From a virus (taxonomy: Duplodnaviria; Caudoviricetes): a stretch of 64,000 bases of DNA. The stretch lies in the IMG/VR virus record IMGVR_UViG_3300032303_001195, positions 28,157 to 92,156 of that record. One strand, written 5' to 3'. A program made the position numbers and the translations under genes. Of the stretch, positions 49,638 to 60,271 are shown piece by piece (position 1 is the stretch's first letter; each line of letters opens with the position of its first letter). The notes under the pieces are model-generated. The model saw nothing but the letters and a program-made list of their open reading frames with translations. It had not been told where the DNA came from and made no database searches.

Positions 49638-50850
49638 TGTAGAGTCAAAACTTATTTCTGCTGTGCTAGAAGATAAGCAGATGCATGTATTGCTACAGGC
49701 AAACGCCGATAAGCTTCTTCGTACACACGGAGATATCTGGACCTTTATCCGCAACTACTTTGAGCAAAACAGTGCAATGCCACCAACCTCTCTTATTGTA
49801 GAGAAGTTTCGTGACTTTGAGCCAGTTGCTGGGGTAGGATCAACAAAGCATCACCTAGATGAATTACAGGCAGAATACCTAAATGATAGCCTTAAGGATA
49901 TCCTTCGTAATGCTGCCAGTGAAGTACAGGGTGGCAAGGGTGTAGAGGCTCTTGAGGGACTAATTTCTAAGACGTCCGAGCTAAAGAAGGATACGTCTGT
50001 TATTCGAGATGTTGATGTAACTGACCTTGAGTCTGCTGTAGCATACTATGAGAATGTACAAAAGCAGAATGAGTTAGGACAAATTGGAATCAAGACTGGT
50101 CTTCCAGGGTTTGATAACTATCTACCTGCTGGCATCATGCCAGGACAGTTAGGAGTATTTCTTGCCTATCCTGGTATTGGTAAGTCATGGCTATCTCTTT
50201 ACTTTGCTGTACAGGCATGGAAGCAAGGCAAGTCACCTCTTATTATCAGTCTTGAAATGAGTGAGACTGAGGTTCGTAACCGTGTGTTTACAATTATGGG
50301 AGAAGGGCTTTGGTCACACCGTCAACTTTCTGCAGGTAATGTGGAGATTGATACACTCAAGATGTGGCATAAAAAGCATGTAGAAGGTCGCCCAGAGTTC
50401 CATATTATTTCTAACGATTCAGGTGGAGAAGTTACACCATCTGTTATTCGTGGAAAGATTGACCAGTATAGTCCTGATCTAGTTATTGTTGACTACCTTC
50501 AGCTTATGTCTCCCAACCAAAAGTCAGAGTCTGAGGTTGTTCGTATGAAGAACTTGTCTCGTGAATTAAAGCTTCTGGCTATCTCAGACGAGATTCCAAT
50601 TATTGCTATCTCTTCTGCTACACCAGATGATGTTAATAAGCTTGATACTGTTCCAACACTGGGGCAGACTTCATGGTCACGACAGATTGCATATGATGCT
50701 GACTGGGTAATGGCACTCGGACGAGGTACAAACTCTGATATCATTGAGTGTGTCTTCCGTAAGAACCGTAATGGATTTATGGGAGAGTTCCTAGTACAAG
50801 TTGATTTCGACAAGGGATTCTATAAGTACAAGGATTATGAAGATGGTTAG
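49630..50850 (+). CDS. dnaB: DnaB-like replicative helicase
   Basis: AYPGIGKS Walker A, SLEM, VDYLQLM, IAYDAD, KNRNG. Confidence 0.92.
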   Translation: MNNVESKLISAVLEDKQMHVLLQANADKLLRTHGDIWTFIRNYFEQNSAMPPTSLIVEKFRDFEPVAGVGSTKHHLDELQAEYLNDSLKDILRNAASEVQGGKGVEALEGLISKTSELKKDTSVIRDVDVTDLESAVAYYENVQKQNELGQIGIKTGLPGFDNYLPAGIMPGQLGVFLAYPGIGKSWLSLYFAVQAWKQGKSPLIISLEMSETEVRNRVFTIMGEGLWSHRQLSAGNVEIDTLKMWHKKHVEGRPEFHIISNDSGGEVTPSVIRGKIDQYSPDLVIVDYLQLMSPNQKSESEVVRMKNLSRELKLLAISDEIPIIAISSATPDDVNKLDTVPTLGQTSWSRQIAYDADWVMALGRGTNSDIIECVFRKNRNGFMGEFLVQVDFDKGFYKYKDYEDG

Positions 50851-50862
50851 TATAATTAAACT

Positions 50863-51189
50863 ATGGAAAATGTCCACCACAAAGCACTTAAAAGATTTGG
50901 TCTTGACGGTACAATAAAAGACGAATCGGCAATTGGTAGACTCAGAAATGAGTACACAAGATTGCTTATAATAGAAATGCGATTGAGTGGATATGTTCCT
51001 AGGTTAGACATTAATCCAGATTTTACAATTTATTACAATCCAGAAAAAGAATATTTTGAATTTATACTGTCAATGTATGGCGTACACGTAGGAAAGAAGA
51101 AGAGCGAATGGATAGTAGGGGTAGACGAAACACGAATGGTCTATACACAGAAGAGCAAGTCAAACGAGTTATCGTCGGCAGTGGAATAA
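50863..51189 (+). CDS. hypothetical protein
   Basis: ORF track; leaderless after TATAAT. Confidence 0.7.
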   Translation: MENVHHKALKRFGLDGTIKDESAIGRLRNEYTRLLIIEMRLSGYVPRLDINPDFTIYYNPEKEYFEFILSMYGVHVGKKKSEWIVGVDETRMVYTQKSKSNELSSAVE

Positions 51190-52052
51190 ATATTGAAACT
51201 GAGGTCGATTCAGACTTCATTGTATTTTGCCCATTCCATGGTAATCACCGTACACCTGCTGGTGAAGTAGATAAACGATCTGGCATCTTCTTTTGTTTTT
51301 CTTGTCACAAGGCATGTGATCTTATTGAATTAATTATGCATACCTCTGGTCGGACATACTTTGAATCAGCTAGGTATATCAAGAGTAAAGAACAACAAAG
51401 TACAATTGAAAATGATATTAATCGTCAATTAGTTGAGAAACCACTCTATACTCAGTTTGATGAATTTACAATTAGAAGACTCAACAATGCAGCACTTGAA
51501 TCTCCAAGAGCTGTAACCTATTATCAAGGTCGCCGTATATCAAAAGAATCAGTAAATAGATTTTTACTTGGATATTCAGAAAAACAGGACATGGTAACAA
51601 TCCCAGTTCATGCACCAGATGGTATGCTGGTAGGCTTTGTGGGGCGATCTGTGGAGGGTAAAGAGTTCAAGAACACTCCAGGACTACCTAAAGGTAAGGT
51701 TCTATTTAATCTACATAGAGTAAAGGTCGCTCCTAGAGTATACGTAGTAGAATCATCATTTGATGCTATTAGGCTTGATCAGTGTGGCTTTCCAGCAGTT
51801 GCCACATTAGGTGCAAATGTTTCTAATTTTCAAATAGACTTGCTTCAAAAATATTTCAATGATATTGTTGTCATTGCAGATAATGATGAAGCTGGCGGTA
51901 ACATGAAAGATAGGCTTGTAGAAAGGCTTGGCAATCGTGTAACTGTAATACAACTAAATAAAGAATATAAAGATATCGGTGACATGGACGATGATGCTAT
52001 CAAGAATATCGATGTATCATTTGACAAATCTATTGATGCCATGCTAAACTGA
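51108..52052 (+). CDS. dnaG: DNA primase (Zn finger + TOPRIM)
   Basis: CPFH..CFSC; GFVGR; VVES.FD; ADNDEAG; KDIGD. Confidence 0.9.
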   Translation: MDSRGRRNTNGLYTEEQVKRVIVGSGINIETEVDSDFIVFCPFHGNHRTPAGEVDKRSGIFFCFSCHKACDLIELIMHTSGRTYFESARYIKSKEQQSTIENDINRQLVEKPLYTQFDEFTIRRLNNAALESPRAVTYYQGRRISKESVNRFLLGYSEKQDMVTIPVHAPDGMLVGFVGRSVEGKEFKNTPGLPKGKVLFNLHRVKVAPRVYVVESSFDAIRLDQCGFPAVATLGANVSNFQIDLLQKYFNDIVVIADNDEAGGNMKDRLVERLGNRVTVIQLNKEYKDIGDMDDDAIKNIDVSFDKSIDAMLN

Positions 52053-52081
52053 TAAACCCTAGAAAAATAAGGAGAAATAAA

Positions 52082-52747
52082 ATGAGCGTAATTAAGGGAC
52101 TCAAAAATATCAATGCCCTGCTTGACAAACCAAAGTATGACGAGGATTCACCACGAGTTCGTTGGCTTAAGATTGCTGACGGACAGGCAGTAAAGATCCG
52201 TTTCATCGAAGAGTTGGATGAAGATTCAGCTAACTACTCTGCAGACCGTGGTCTTGCACTTGTAGTAAAGGAACACACCAATCCAAAGGACTACAAGCGT
52301 AAGGCTGTAGACACAATGGACTCAGAGGGTCGTGACTGGGCTGAAGAAATGTACCGTAAGGACTTCAAGAACAATGCAGGTTGGAAGGCTCGCCTTCGCT
52401 TCTACTGCAACGTACTTGTTGATGATGGTATTGAAGACCCCTATGTTGCCATTTGGTCAATGGGAGTCGGAAAGCAGTCAGCGTTCAATACAATTCGTGA
52501 GTACGCTCTTGAGACTGGAAGCATTTCCAATATTACTTGGAAGCTTAAGCGTAATGGAGTAAGCACTGAAACCAGCTACACGCTGATTCCTTCTGCTCCA
52601 GATGCAGAGCCTTTTGATTGGGGTAGCTTTAAGCCATACCCACTTGAGTCTGCACTCAAGAACATTCCATATGCAGAACAGGAGGCATTCTATCTTGGAT
52701 TTGATACGCCTTCATCTGCATCATCCACATCCAGCATCGACTGGTAA
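52082..52747 (+). CDS. single-stranded DNA-binding protein (gp32-like)
   Basis: IRF..KLKRNG..TSY pattern; S-rich tail ending DW; between primase and polymerase. Confidence 0.7.
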   Translation: MSVIKGLKNINALLDKPKYDEDSPRVRWLKIADGQAVKIRFIEELDEDSANYSADRGLALVVKEHTNPKDYKRKAVDTMDSEGRDWAEEMYRKDFKNNAGWKARLRFYCNVLVDDGIEDPYVAIWSMGVGKQSAFNTIREYALETGSISNITWKLKRNGVSTETSYTLIPSAPDAEPFDWGSFKPYPLESALKNIPYAEQEAFYLGFDTPSSASSTSSIDW

Positions 52748-52754
52748 TTAACTT

Positions 52755-52790
52755 GGGGGGTGGACTGAATACAGTCTGCCCCCCTACCTT
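52755..52790 (+). terminator. stem-loop (terminator/stabiliser)
   Basis: GGGGGGTGGACTG-AATA-CAGTCTGCCCCCC; weak U tail. Confidence 0.6.
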
Positions 52791-52808
52791 CTAACAGAAA
52801 GACTTTAA

Positions 52809-55800
52809 ATGAGTTACGCTGGACTACACGTTCACACCCACTACTCGCTATTTGACGGAATTGCTACACCACAGGAATACGTGGATCGTGCCGTCGCATT
52901 AGGAATGCCAGCCATTGCTATTACCGATCATGGTTCTCTGTCTGGACACCGTGAAATGTATCGTGCTGCAAAAGAGGCAGGTATTAAACCTATTCTCGGT
53001 ATCGAGGGGTACATTACCAAAGACCGTCTTGAGCACGAAGATAAGAAAGAAAAGAATGATCCTCTAGACCTTAACTATAACCACCTTATTATTCTTGCTA
53101 AGAATGCCAAGGGGCTAGAGAATCTTAATAAGCTTAATGAACTTGCATGGACAGAAGGTTTCTATAAGAAGCCACGTATTGATTGGACTATTCTTGAGCA
53201 ATATAAAAAGGGTCTTATCATTACATCAGGTTGTCTCAGTGGCGTTCTTGCTAAAGCTATTGAAGCTGGAGAACTTGCATATGCAAAGGAGCATATCAAG
53301 TGGTGTAAGGAAACCTTTGGTGATGATTACTACCTTGAGGTAATGCCTCACAATCCTGCAGAGATTAATCAGACTATCTTGGATCTTGCAGACGAGTTTG
53401 GCATCAAGCCTGTAGTTACCCCAGACTGTCACCACTCTGACCCTGCTCAGAAGGAAATCCAAGAGCTTAAGCTTATCCTTAACTCATACTCTAACAAGAC
53501 TGAGAAGGATGTTACATACGAGAAGTCTCGTGAGTATGACAACCTTATGGATCGACTTGACTACCTTTATGGTGCAGACCGCCAGATGTCATTTAACAAG
53601 TTTGAGATTCATCTTTTGTCAGACGAAGAGATGCACGATGCCATGAAAGCTCAGGGTATTGACCGTGAAGACATGTATGAGGCTACTCTTGAGATTGTAG
53701 ATAAGATTGAAGACTACGATATTCAGGACCACATTGACCTGCTTCCTGCACAATACCGTGACCCTGATGGAGAGATTCGTACTCTTGCTATGGAAGGTCT
53801 GACTGCTCGTGGTCTAGTAGATAATCAAGAATACCTTGACCGTCTAGATGAAGAGCTTGAAATTATCAAGGATAAAAAGTTTGCGCCATACTTTTTGGTG
53901 GTTCGCAATATGATTAACTGGGCAAAGAAAGAAGGTATTCTCGTTGGTCCAGGTCGTGGTTCTGCTGCTGGCTCTCTACTGTGTTATGCTCTTGGTATCA
54001 CAGATATTGATCCAATCATTCATGGTCTTCTATTCTTTCGCTTTATCAATCCAGAGCGAAATGATTTTCCAGATATTGATACTGATATTCAAGACTCTCG
54101 CCGTGATGAAGTAAAAGAATATCTAGTTAAGCAATACCGTCACGTTGCATCTATTGCTACATTCTTGCAGTTTAAGGATAAGGGTGTTGTGCGAGACATT
54201 GCTCGTGTGCTTCACATTCCACTGCCAGAAGTAAACAAGGTCATGAAATTAATTGACACTTGGGATGATTACTGCAATTCAAAGTCCACTGCTGAGTTCC
54301 GTGAGAAGTATCCAGAGATTGAGAAATATGGAGAGCAACTGCGTGGTCGAATTCGTGGTACTGGTATCCATGCTGCTGGTGTTGTAACTGCAAAGGAGCC
54401 TATCTTTAAGTATGCTCCAATGGAGACTCGCACCTCACCAGGAACCAAGGAACGTATTCCTGTAGTTGCTGTTGACATGGCAGAGGCAGAGCGTATTGGT
54501 CTTATCAAGATCGATGCTCTTGGTCTTAAGACTCTTAGTGTGCTTGATGATACTATTAAGATTATTAAGGAACGCCACGGTATCCAGATTGAGCCATTGA
54601 AGATTGACATGGATGATTCCAATGTCTACCAGATGCTCTCAGATGGCTACACAAAGGGTGTATTCCAGTGTGAAGCTACGCCATATACAAACCTGCTAGT
54701 AAAGATGGGTGTAAAGAACTTTGATGAACTTGCAGCATCTAATGCTCTCGTTCGTCCAGGTGCTATGAATACAATCGGTAAGGACTACATTGCTCGCAAG
54801 CAGGGTCGCCAAGCCATTGGGTTCAAGCACAAGATTATGAAGGACTTCACATCTGATACCTATGGCTGTATTCTTTATCAGGAGCAGGTTATGCTTGCTT
54901 GTACAAACCTCGGCGGTATGACAATGGCTGAGGCTGATAAAGTTCGTAAGATTATTGGTAAGAAGAAGGATGCTAAAGAATTCGATCAGTTCCAGGACCA
55001 GTTTGTACAGGGTGCTTCACAGTATCTTGGAGAAGAGGGTGCTCGTGACCTGTGGCATGACTTTGAAGCACACGCTGGCTACTCATTTAACAAGAGCCAC
55101 GCTGTAGCCTATTCTACGCTGTCTTACTGGACTGCATGGCTAAAGTATCACTACCCAATTGAGTTTATGTTTGCTCTTCTTAAGAATGAGAAGGACAAGG
55201 ATGCTCGTACGGAATACCTCATTGAGGCAAAGCGTATGAATATTCCTGTACGTCTTCCTCACGTTAACGAGTCTGACATTGATTTCAAGATTGAGGGCAA
55301 AGGTATTCGATTTGGACTTAGTGCTATCAAGTTTGTATCTGACAATATTGCGTCTAAGTACATCGCTGCCCGACCTTTTAACTCATATAAGGAAGTAGAA
55401 GAGTTCACATTTGGCAAGGGTAACGGAGTCAATAGTCGTGCTCTATCATCTATGCGACTAATTGGTGCTACTGCCTTTGATGATAATCCTGCTAACCAGG
55501 ACGAGATTCGTGAGAACTTATACGAGTATCTAAACTTGCCAGAGTTTAATATGTCAGTACCAACTCATTTTCATGCATTTATCGATACTGCAGAAGATTA
55601 TGAGGAAAAGGGTTCTTTCATTCTTATGGGTATGGTCAAGAACATTAAGCGTGGCAAGGGCTGGAGCCGTGTAGAGATCCTAGATAAGACTGGTCTTGTA
55701 GGTATCTTTGATGATGAACAGTCTACGATTGAGGCAGGTCGTACATACATCATTCTTGCTAGTGATAATCGTGTGCTATCTGCTGTACCTGTAGATGAAG

Positions 55801-56084
55801 CCAAGGGATCTAATTCTGCACTGATTAAGTTCTTAAATTACAAGCAGTTGCCTTATACAGATGATGAAATGTATGTAGTATCTTTTAAGTCACGAGTTAC
55901 AAAAGCTGGTAAGAAAATGGCATACCTGACCCTTGCAGATACTGCACGAGACTTGCACCCAGTAACAGTATTCCCATTGCAATATGCAAAGGCATACATG
56001 AAGATTGAGGAAGGCAAGGCTTATAAGTTTAGCTTTAACAAAACTAAAGATGGAACAACAATATTGGAGGATGTAAATGTTTGA
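52809..56084 (+). CDS. dnaE: DNA polymerase III alpha subunit (family C)
   Basis: LHVHTHYS PHP, GRGSAAGS, FPDIDTD, HAAG, KIDALGL, YSFNKSH. Confidence 0.97.
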   Translation: MSYAGLHVHTHYSLFDGIATPQEYVDRAVALGMPAIAITDHGSLSGHREMYRAAKEAGIKPILGIEGYITKDRLEHEDKKEKNDPLDLNYNHLIILAKNAKGLENLNKLNELAWTEGFYKKPRIDWTILEQYKKGLIITSGCLSGVLAKAIEAGELAYAKEHIKWCKETFGDDYYLEVMPHNPAEINQTILDLADEFGIKPVVTPDCHHSDPAQKEIQELKLILNSYSNKTEKDVTYEKSREYDNLMDRLDYLYGADRQMSFNKFEIHLLSDEEMHDAMKAQGIDREDMYEATLEIVDKIEDYDIQDHIDLLPAQYRDPDGEIRTLAMEGLTARGLVDNQEYLDRLDEELEIIKDKKFAPYFLVVRNMINWAKKEGILVGPGRGSAAGSLLCYALGITDIDPIIHGLLFFRFINPERNDFPDIDTDIQDSRRDEVKEYLVKQYRHVASIATFLQFKDKGVVRDIARVLHIPLPEVNKVMKLIDTWDDYCNSKSTAEFREKYPEIEKYGEQLRGRIRGTGIHAAGVVTAKEPIFKYAPMETRTSPGTKERIPVVAVDMAEAERIGLIKIDALGLKTLSVLDDTIKIIKERHGIQIEPLKIDMDDSNVYQMLSDGYTKGVFQCEATPYTNLLVKMGVKNFDELAASNALVRPGAMNTIGKDYIARKQGRQAIGFKHKIMKDFTSDTYGCILYQEQVMLACTNLGGMTMAEADKVRKIIGKKKDAKEFDQFQDQFVQGASQYLGEEGARDLWHDFEAHAGYSFNKSHAVAYSTLSYWTAWLKYHYPIEFMFALLKNEKDKDARTEYLIEAKRMNIPVRLPHVNESDIDFKIEGKGIRFGLSAIKFVSDNIASKYIAARPFNSYKEVEEFTFGKGNGVNSRALSSMRLIGATAFDDNPANQDEIRENLYEYLNLPEFNMSVPTHFHAFIDTAEDYEEKGSFILMGMVKNIKRGKGWSRVEILDKTGLVGIFDDEQSTIEAGRTYIILASDNRVLSAVPVDEAKGSNSALIKFLNYKQLPYTDDEMYVVSFKSRVTKAGKKMAYLTLADTARDLHPVTVFPLQYAKAYMKIEEGKAYKFSFNKTKDGTTILEDVNV

Positions 56085-56394
56085 TGATTTATGCGAAGAG
56101 CTTCATGCTACTGCAGTAGAGAAGGGATTCTGGTCAGAAGAGGTAGACGATATCTTTATTACCAAACAACTTATGATGATTGTGTCAGAGACTGTAGAGG
56201 TAATGGAAGCTATCCGCAAGGATAAAGGTGAACATGCTATTTCAGATGAAATGGCAGACATTCTTATCCGTACCTTGGACTTATATGCTGGTCTAGTTGA
56301 GCATGGCTACACTCGTGTATCACTTGACCACGCACTAGCAAACAAAGCTGGCTTTAATAAGACTCGACCAGAAAAAAATGGGGTGCGTTTCTAA
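56077..56394 (+). CDS. MazG-like NTP pyrophosphohydrolase
   Basis: SE..E..EAIRK...DEMADILIR.LD. Confidence 0.8.
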   Translation: MFDDLCEELHATAVEKGFWSEEVDDIFITKQLMMIVSETVEVMEAIRKDKGEHAISDEMADILIRTLDLYAGLVEHGYTRVSLDHALANKAGFNKTRPEKNGVRF

Positions 56395-57407
56395 TGGCAA
56401 TGACAATGGAAGACGTTATCGCAAAGCTTGATCCTAAGCTTCGTAAGAATCTATTTATTGGAGACGAGACGCCAGAGACTATTTTACAGCCTACAGCAAG
56501 CTACGGTCTTAATCGTGCTCTTGGTGGAGGGCTTCCCTATGGTCGCCAGGTGCTTATCTGGGGCAGTAAGTCATCTGCTAAGTCATCTATGTGCCTTCAA
56601 ATGATTGGTCTTGCACAGCAGGAAGGTAAGGTCTGTGCATGGATTGATGCTGAGATGTCATACGATAAAGGATGGGCTACTCGTTTGGGGGTAGATACAT
56701 CAAAGCTTATCTACTCACAGGCTCGTACAATTAACGAGATGGTAGACGTAGGTACAAAACTTATGAATGCAGGTGTGGACCTCATTGTAGTTGATTCAAT
56801 TACATCACTGCTTCCTGCTATCTATTTTGAAAAGGGTAGCGATGAACTAAAGGATCTTGAGAACACTAAGCAGATTGGTGCTGAGTCACGAGACTTTAGT
56901 AATGCATGGAAGATGATTAACTATGCTAACAATAAGCCAAAGCCTACTTTGTTCGTACTTATTAGTCAGAGTCGTAATAACATCTCTGCCATGTACACCT
57001 CACAACAGCCTACAGGCGGTCAAGCAACAAAGTTCTATTCGTCTACAGTCATTAAACTGTTCTCGTCTGAGTCTGACAATCAGGCTATCAAGGGCAAGAT
57101 TCCTGTAGGAGATAAACTCATTGAAGAGAAGATTGGTCGTAAGGTTCGATGGGAAGTTCAGTTTTCTAAGACCTCTCCAGGTTTCCAGTCTGGTGAGTAT
57201 GACTTCTACTTCCGTGGTCCATTCGTTGGCGTAGACGCCATTGGTGACCTTGTAGACACTGCAGAGCTTGCTGGTATTGTAGAGCGTACAGGTGCTTGGT
57301 ATGTTGTATCTCCAGAGAAAAAAGTTCAGGGTAGAGATGCATTCATTACATATGTTCGTGAGAATGATGAATTCCGCAAGTCTATTGAGGATCAGTTGAA
57401 TGGCTAA
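56394..57407 (+). CDS. recA: RecA-like recombinase
   Basis: LGGGLPYGR, WIDAE, IVVDS, ISQ.R, TGG.A.KFYSS, GAWY, QGR. Confidence 0.92.
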   Translation: MAMTMEDVIAKLDPKLRKNLFIGDETPETILQPTASYGLNRALGGGLPYGRQVLIWGSKSSAKSSMCLQMIGLAQQEGKVCAWIDAEMSYDKGWATRLGVDTSKLIYSQARTINEMVDVGTKLMNAGVDLIVVDSITSLLPAIYFEKGSDELKDLENTKQIGAESRDFSNAWKMINYANNKPKPTLFVLISQSRNNISAMYTSQQPTGGQATKFYSSTVIKLFSSESDNQAIKGKIPVGDKLIEEKIGRKVRWEVQFSKTSPGFQSGEYDFYFRGPFVGVDAIGDLVDTAELAGIVERTGAWYVVSPEKKVQGRDAFITYVRENDEFRKSIEDQLNG

Positions 57408-57585
57408 GTATAATATTTATCCAGGCTCATTCCCATGTCACACATGTGGAATTGAAGTTAAAACAATTAGAAGTTATCCAGGACTTAAAAGACTTTCTTG
57501 GATGTGTCCAGATCGTCACCTTACAGAAGTCAGCTTAGAAACTAAAAAGGATAAGAAAGATTATGAGCGAGAAGAACGAGAGTAA
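57400..57585 (+). CDS. small Zn-ribbon protein
   Basis: CHTC...CPDRH; overlapping coupling. Confidence 0.7.
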   Translation: MAKYNIYPGSFPCHTCGIEVKTIRSYPGLKRLSWMCPDRHLTEVSLETKKDKKDYEREERE

Positions 57586-57877
57586 GCGTATTGGTGCTAC
57601 TCAGCATAAGAACTCTGGTCGCAATACAAAGAAGGGTGATGCCAAATGGCATAACTTCTGCGTAGACTTTAAAGAGGTCGGCAAATCATTTACACTAAAT
57701 AAAGAAGTCTGGGCTAAGGCAACAACAGATGCAATCAAGAATAAACTTGATCCTGCTATTGTAGTTGTGATTGGTGATGGAGAACAGAAGACTCGTTTAG
57801 CAGTCGTAGAATTTTCTATCCTTGAGCAAATGATTGAAGAATTAGCCTTCCTAAATTACACAGATAACCCAGAGTAA
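57563..57877 (+). CDS. PD-(D/E)xK Holliday-junction-resolvase-like nuclease
   Basis: E....NSG..KGD..VDFK. Confidence 0.65.
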   Translation: MSEKNESKRIGATQHKNSGRNTKKGDAKWHNFCVDFKEVGKSFTLNKEVWAKATTDAIKNKLDPAIVVVIGDGEQKTRLAVVEFSILEQMIEELAFLNYTDNPE

Positions 57878-57892
57878 GGTATACTAGATATA

Positions 57893-58195
57893 ATGGAAAA
57901 TACAACAACAATTGACATGGTAAATGGTCTAAGTGAAATTGCAGACTATATGGATGATAAGGAACTTACAGAAGCCCTTACTATGATCGCTAAACTAATT
58001 ATCAAACCAGATATTCCTCTGGCTGTTGCTACAATCGAGATCGTTCGGTTACAAGCAATTGCTGCCAAGATGCAATTCCGTGCAACTTGGCTTACCAACG
58101 TAGACAAGGGAGACAGAGCGAAGAAGAATATCTATTATACTGCAGCTGAATCAATTAATAATTTGGTTTCCGCATTGAAGTATATTACTCGCTAA
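57893..58195 (+). CDS. hypothetical helical protein
   Basis: ORF track; leaderless-type promoter. Confidence 0.7.
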   Translation: MENTTTIDMVNGLSEIADYMDDKELTEALTMIAKLIIKPDIPLAVATIEIVRLQAIAAKMQFRATWLTNVDKGDRAKKNIYYTAAESINNLVSALKYITR

Positions 58196-58197
58196 AT

Positions 58198-59004
58198 ATG
58201 ATTATGAAAAATTTACTAAACCAGGTAATGGAAAAAGCAGATGTCAAAGGCACTGTAGTTGAAGGCATTGATCCAGACGCTCTTATTGAAAAGATTAAGT
58301 CTGGCTATATTGCTAATCGTGGTCCACGCCATCAACAAAAGAAAACATTTGCACCATCTACAATTGCATACGGACATGGTGAGTGTGCTCGCTATTGGTA
58401 TCTTGCATTTGAGGGCGGTACATTTGAAGATAATGCAGATGCATTTGCAGGTGCTAATATGACCAATGGTACTAAAAGCCATGAGCGTATTCAGCAAGCA
58501 ATGCAAGATGCAGGATTCCTTGTTGATTCAGAGTTTAAGATTACATATCAGGATCCACCTATTTTTGGATATGGTGATGTATTGCTTGATTGGGAAGGCG
58601 AAGAGCTTCTCGGTGAAATCAAAACTATGATGAATGAGGGTTTTGAGTATCGTAAGTTAAATAGAAAGCCAAAGGTAGGACACCTTGTTCAGCTTCTTAT
58701 TTACATGAAGATTCTCAAGAAGAGAAAAGCTGTTCTTATTTATGAAAACAAGAATAACCATGAACTATTGGTGCTTCCTGTTGAAGTAAATGATTACTAT
58801 ATCAAGTGGGTTGACCAAGCATTTGAATGGATGCGTACGGTTCGTAAGGCATGGGAGAACAAGACCTTACCAGAAAAGAACTATCGATCTAATTCAAAAA
58901 TCTGTAAGAACTGTCCTCTATCAAAGGTATGTGCAGACGCTGGCAAGGGAGATATAAAAATAAATCGCCTGGAGCCAATAGATGAAAACATGCCAATGGT
59001 GTGA
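58198..59004 (+). CDS. Cas4-like PD-(D/E)xK exonuclease
   Basis: PS....C.R, GT..H, D..GEIKT, QLLIY, CKNCP...C. Confidence 0.85.
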   Translation: MIMKNLLNQVMEKADVKGTVVEGIDPDALIEKIKSGYIANRGPRHQQKKTFAPSTIAYGHGECARYWYLAFEGGTFEDNADAFAGANMTNGTKSHERIQQAMQDAGFLVDSEFKITYQDPPIFGYGDVLLDWEGEELLGEIKTMMNEGFEYRKLNRKPKVGHLVQLLIYMKILKKRKAVLIYENKNNHELLVLPVEVNDYYIKWVDQAFEWMRTVRKAWENKTLPEKNYRSNSKICKNCPLSKVCADAGKGDIKINRLEPIDENMPMV

Positions 59005-59278
59005 TGCTGGGTTTACTCCCAAAGTCTCATATCAAATATACTGCTCTGATGAATGTCGTGAAGCAGCAACTAAAGAAAAGATAGCGCAAAAATATGCTAT
59101 TGCAAGACGTAACAAGTTGATGAATAAAAAAAAGACTTGTACGGCTTGTGGTGTATTGCTATCTGTTTATAATGATGAAGATCTTTGTACAACATGCTTA
59201 GTCAATCCAAAAGATGTTTCTAAAACACTAAAAGAAATCAAGGGTAGGGCAAATGGTAAATTTAAAGAAACTGAATAA
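58982..59278 (+). CDS. zinc-finger protein
   Basis: CQWC..YCSDEC..CTAC..CTTC. Confidence 0.75.
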   Translation: MKTCQWCDAGFTPKVSYQIYCSDECREAATKEKIAQKYAIARRNKLMNKKKTCTACGVLLSVYNDEDLCTTCLVNPKDVSKTLKEIKGRANGKFKETE

Positions 59279-59813
59279 TAAGCCATCTAAAATATGTGCT
59301 ATTGATGCCAGCACCAACAGTCTAGCCTTTGCTATCTTTCATAAAGAAGAATTAATTTATTGTGGAAAAATTAACTTTGCAGGGAAAGATGTTTATGAAA
59401 AAGTTGCTGACGCAGGACGCAAGACAAAGGGTTTCTTTGATGCTCTTGGTGATTTTGATGCTGTAGTTATTGAACATACTGTTTTTATTAATAGTCCTAA
59501 GACTGCTGCAGATCTTGCATTGGTTCAAGGTGCAATTCTTGGGGGTATCGCAGCAGCTAACGGAGCATCAGTATCATCAGTATCTCCTATGACATGGCAA
59601 AATTTTATTGGCAATAAACGTCTAAGCACAGTTGAGAAGCTAGAGGTATTGGCAAACAATCCTGGAAGGTCAGAATCATGGATTAAATCACATGAACGAG
59701 AGCTTCGAAAACAGCGTACAATTAAATTTGTAAATACAATATATGATAAAGCTGTAAAGGATAATGATGTGGCAGATGCTATTGCCATTGGGCATTGGGC
59801 AGTTAATAGTTGA
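59253..59813 (+). CDS. RuvC-like Holliday junction resolvase
   Basis: AIDAS, VIE, QGA, DVADAIAIG. Confidence 0.85.
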   Translation: MVNLKKLNNKPSKICAIDASTNSLAFAIFHKEELIYCGKINFAGKDVYEKVADAGRKTKGFFDALGDFDAVVIEHTVFINSPKTAADLALVQGAILGGIAAANGASVSSVSPMTWQNFIGNKRLSTVEKLEVLANNPGRSESWIKSHERELRKQRTIKFVNTIYDKAVKDNDVADAIAIGHWAVNS

Positions 59814-59822
59814 CATGGAGGT

Positions 59823-59981
59823 ATGATGGCTGCTAAACTGTATACTAATGAGATGTGGTTGCGTAAGCGATTCCACCTTGACCGCAAGACTCCTGAAGAG
59901 ATTGCAAAAGAGTGTGGCGTATCTGTTGAAACAATCTATGTCTACCTCGCTAAATTTGGATTAAGGAAATCAAAACGTTGA
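59823..59981 (+). CDS. small HTH protein (52 aa, LYTNEMWLRKRF..TPEEIAKECGVSVETIYVYL)
   Basis: Hand translation; GGAGG RBS. Confidence 0.85.
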   Translation: MMAAKLYTNEMWLRKRFHLDRKTPEEIAKECGVSVETIYVYLAKFGLRKSKR

Positions 59982-60271
59982 GTAACAGAAAACTTGAAGA
60001 AGCTCTTATTGAGCAAGAAACTAAACAGCAAGAAATTTTGCGTGGTATGCGAGAGCGTGGTCAAGATATGGTTAACCACCCAAAGCATTACACGTCTGAT
60101 CCTTCTGGAGTAGAATGTATTCAAATTACTCGTCACCGTAACTTTAACATTGGTAACGCATTTAAATACCTTTGGCGAGCAGGTATTAAGGATGATACAA
60201 AGACTATTGAAGACCTAAAGAAAGCTATCTTTTATATTAGTGATGAAATTAATCGTTTGGAGAATATGTAA
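59978..60271 (+). CDS. DUF3310-type protein
   Basis: VNHPKHY..ECI..GNAFKYLWRAG.K..EDLKKA.FY. Confidence 0.85.
   Translation: MSNRKLEEALIEQETKQQEILRGMRERGQDMVNHPKHYTSDPSGVECIQITRHRNFNIGNAFKYLWRAGIKDDTKTIEDLKKAIFYISDEINRLENM

Noticed and set aside
58198-59004. Cas4-like gene as part of a CRISPR-Cas system
   Set aside because: It stands alone in a replication/recombination operon with no cas1/cas2 or array; solo Cas4-like nucleases are common in phages.
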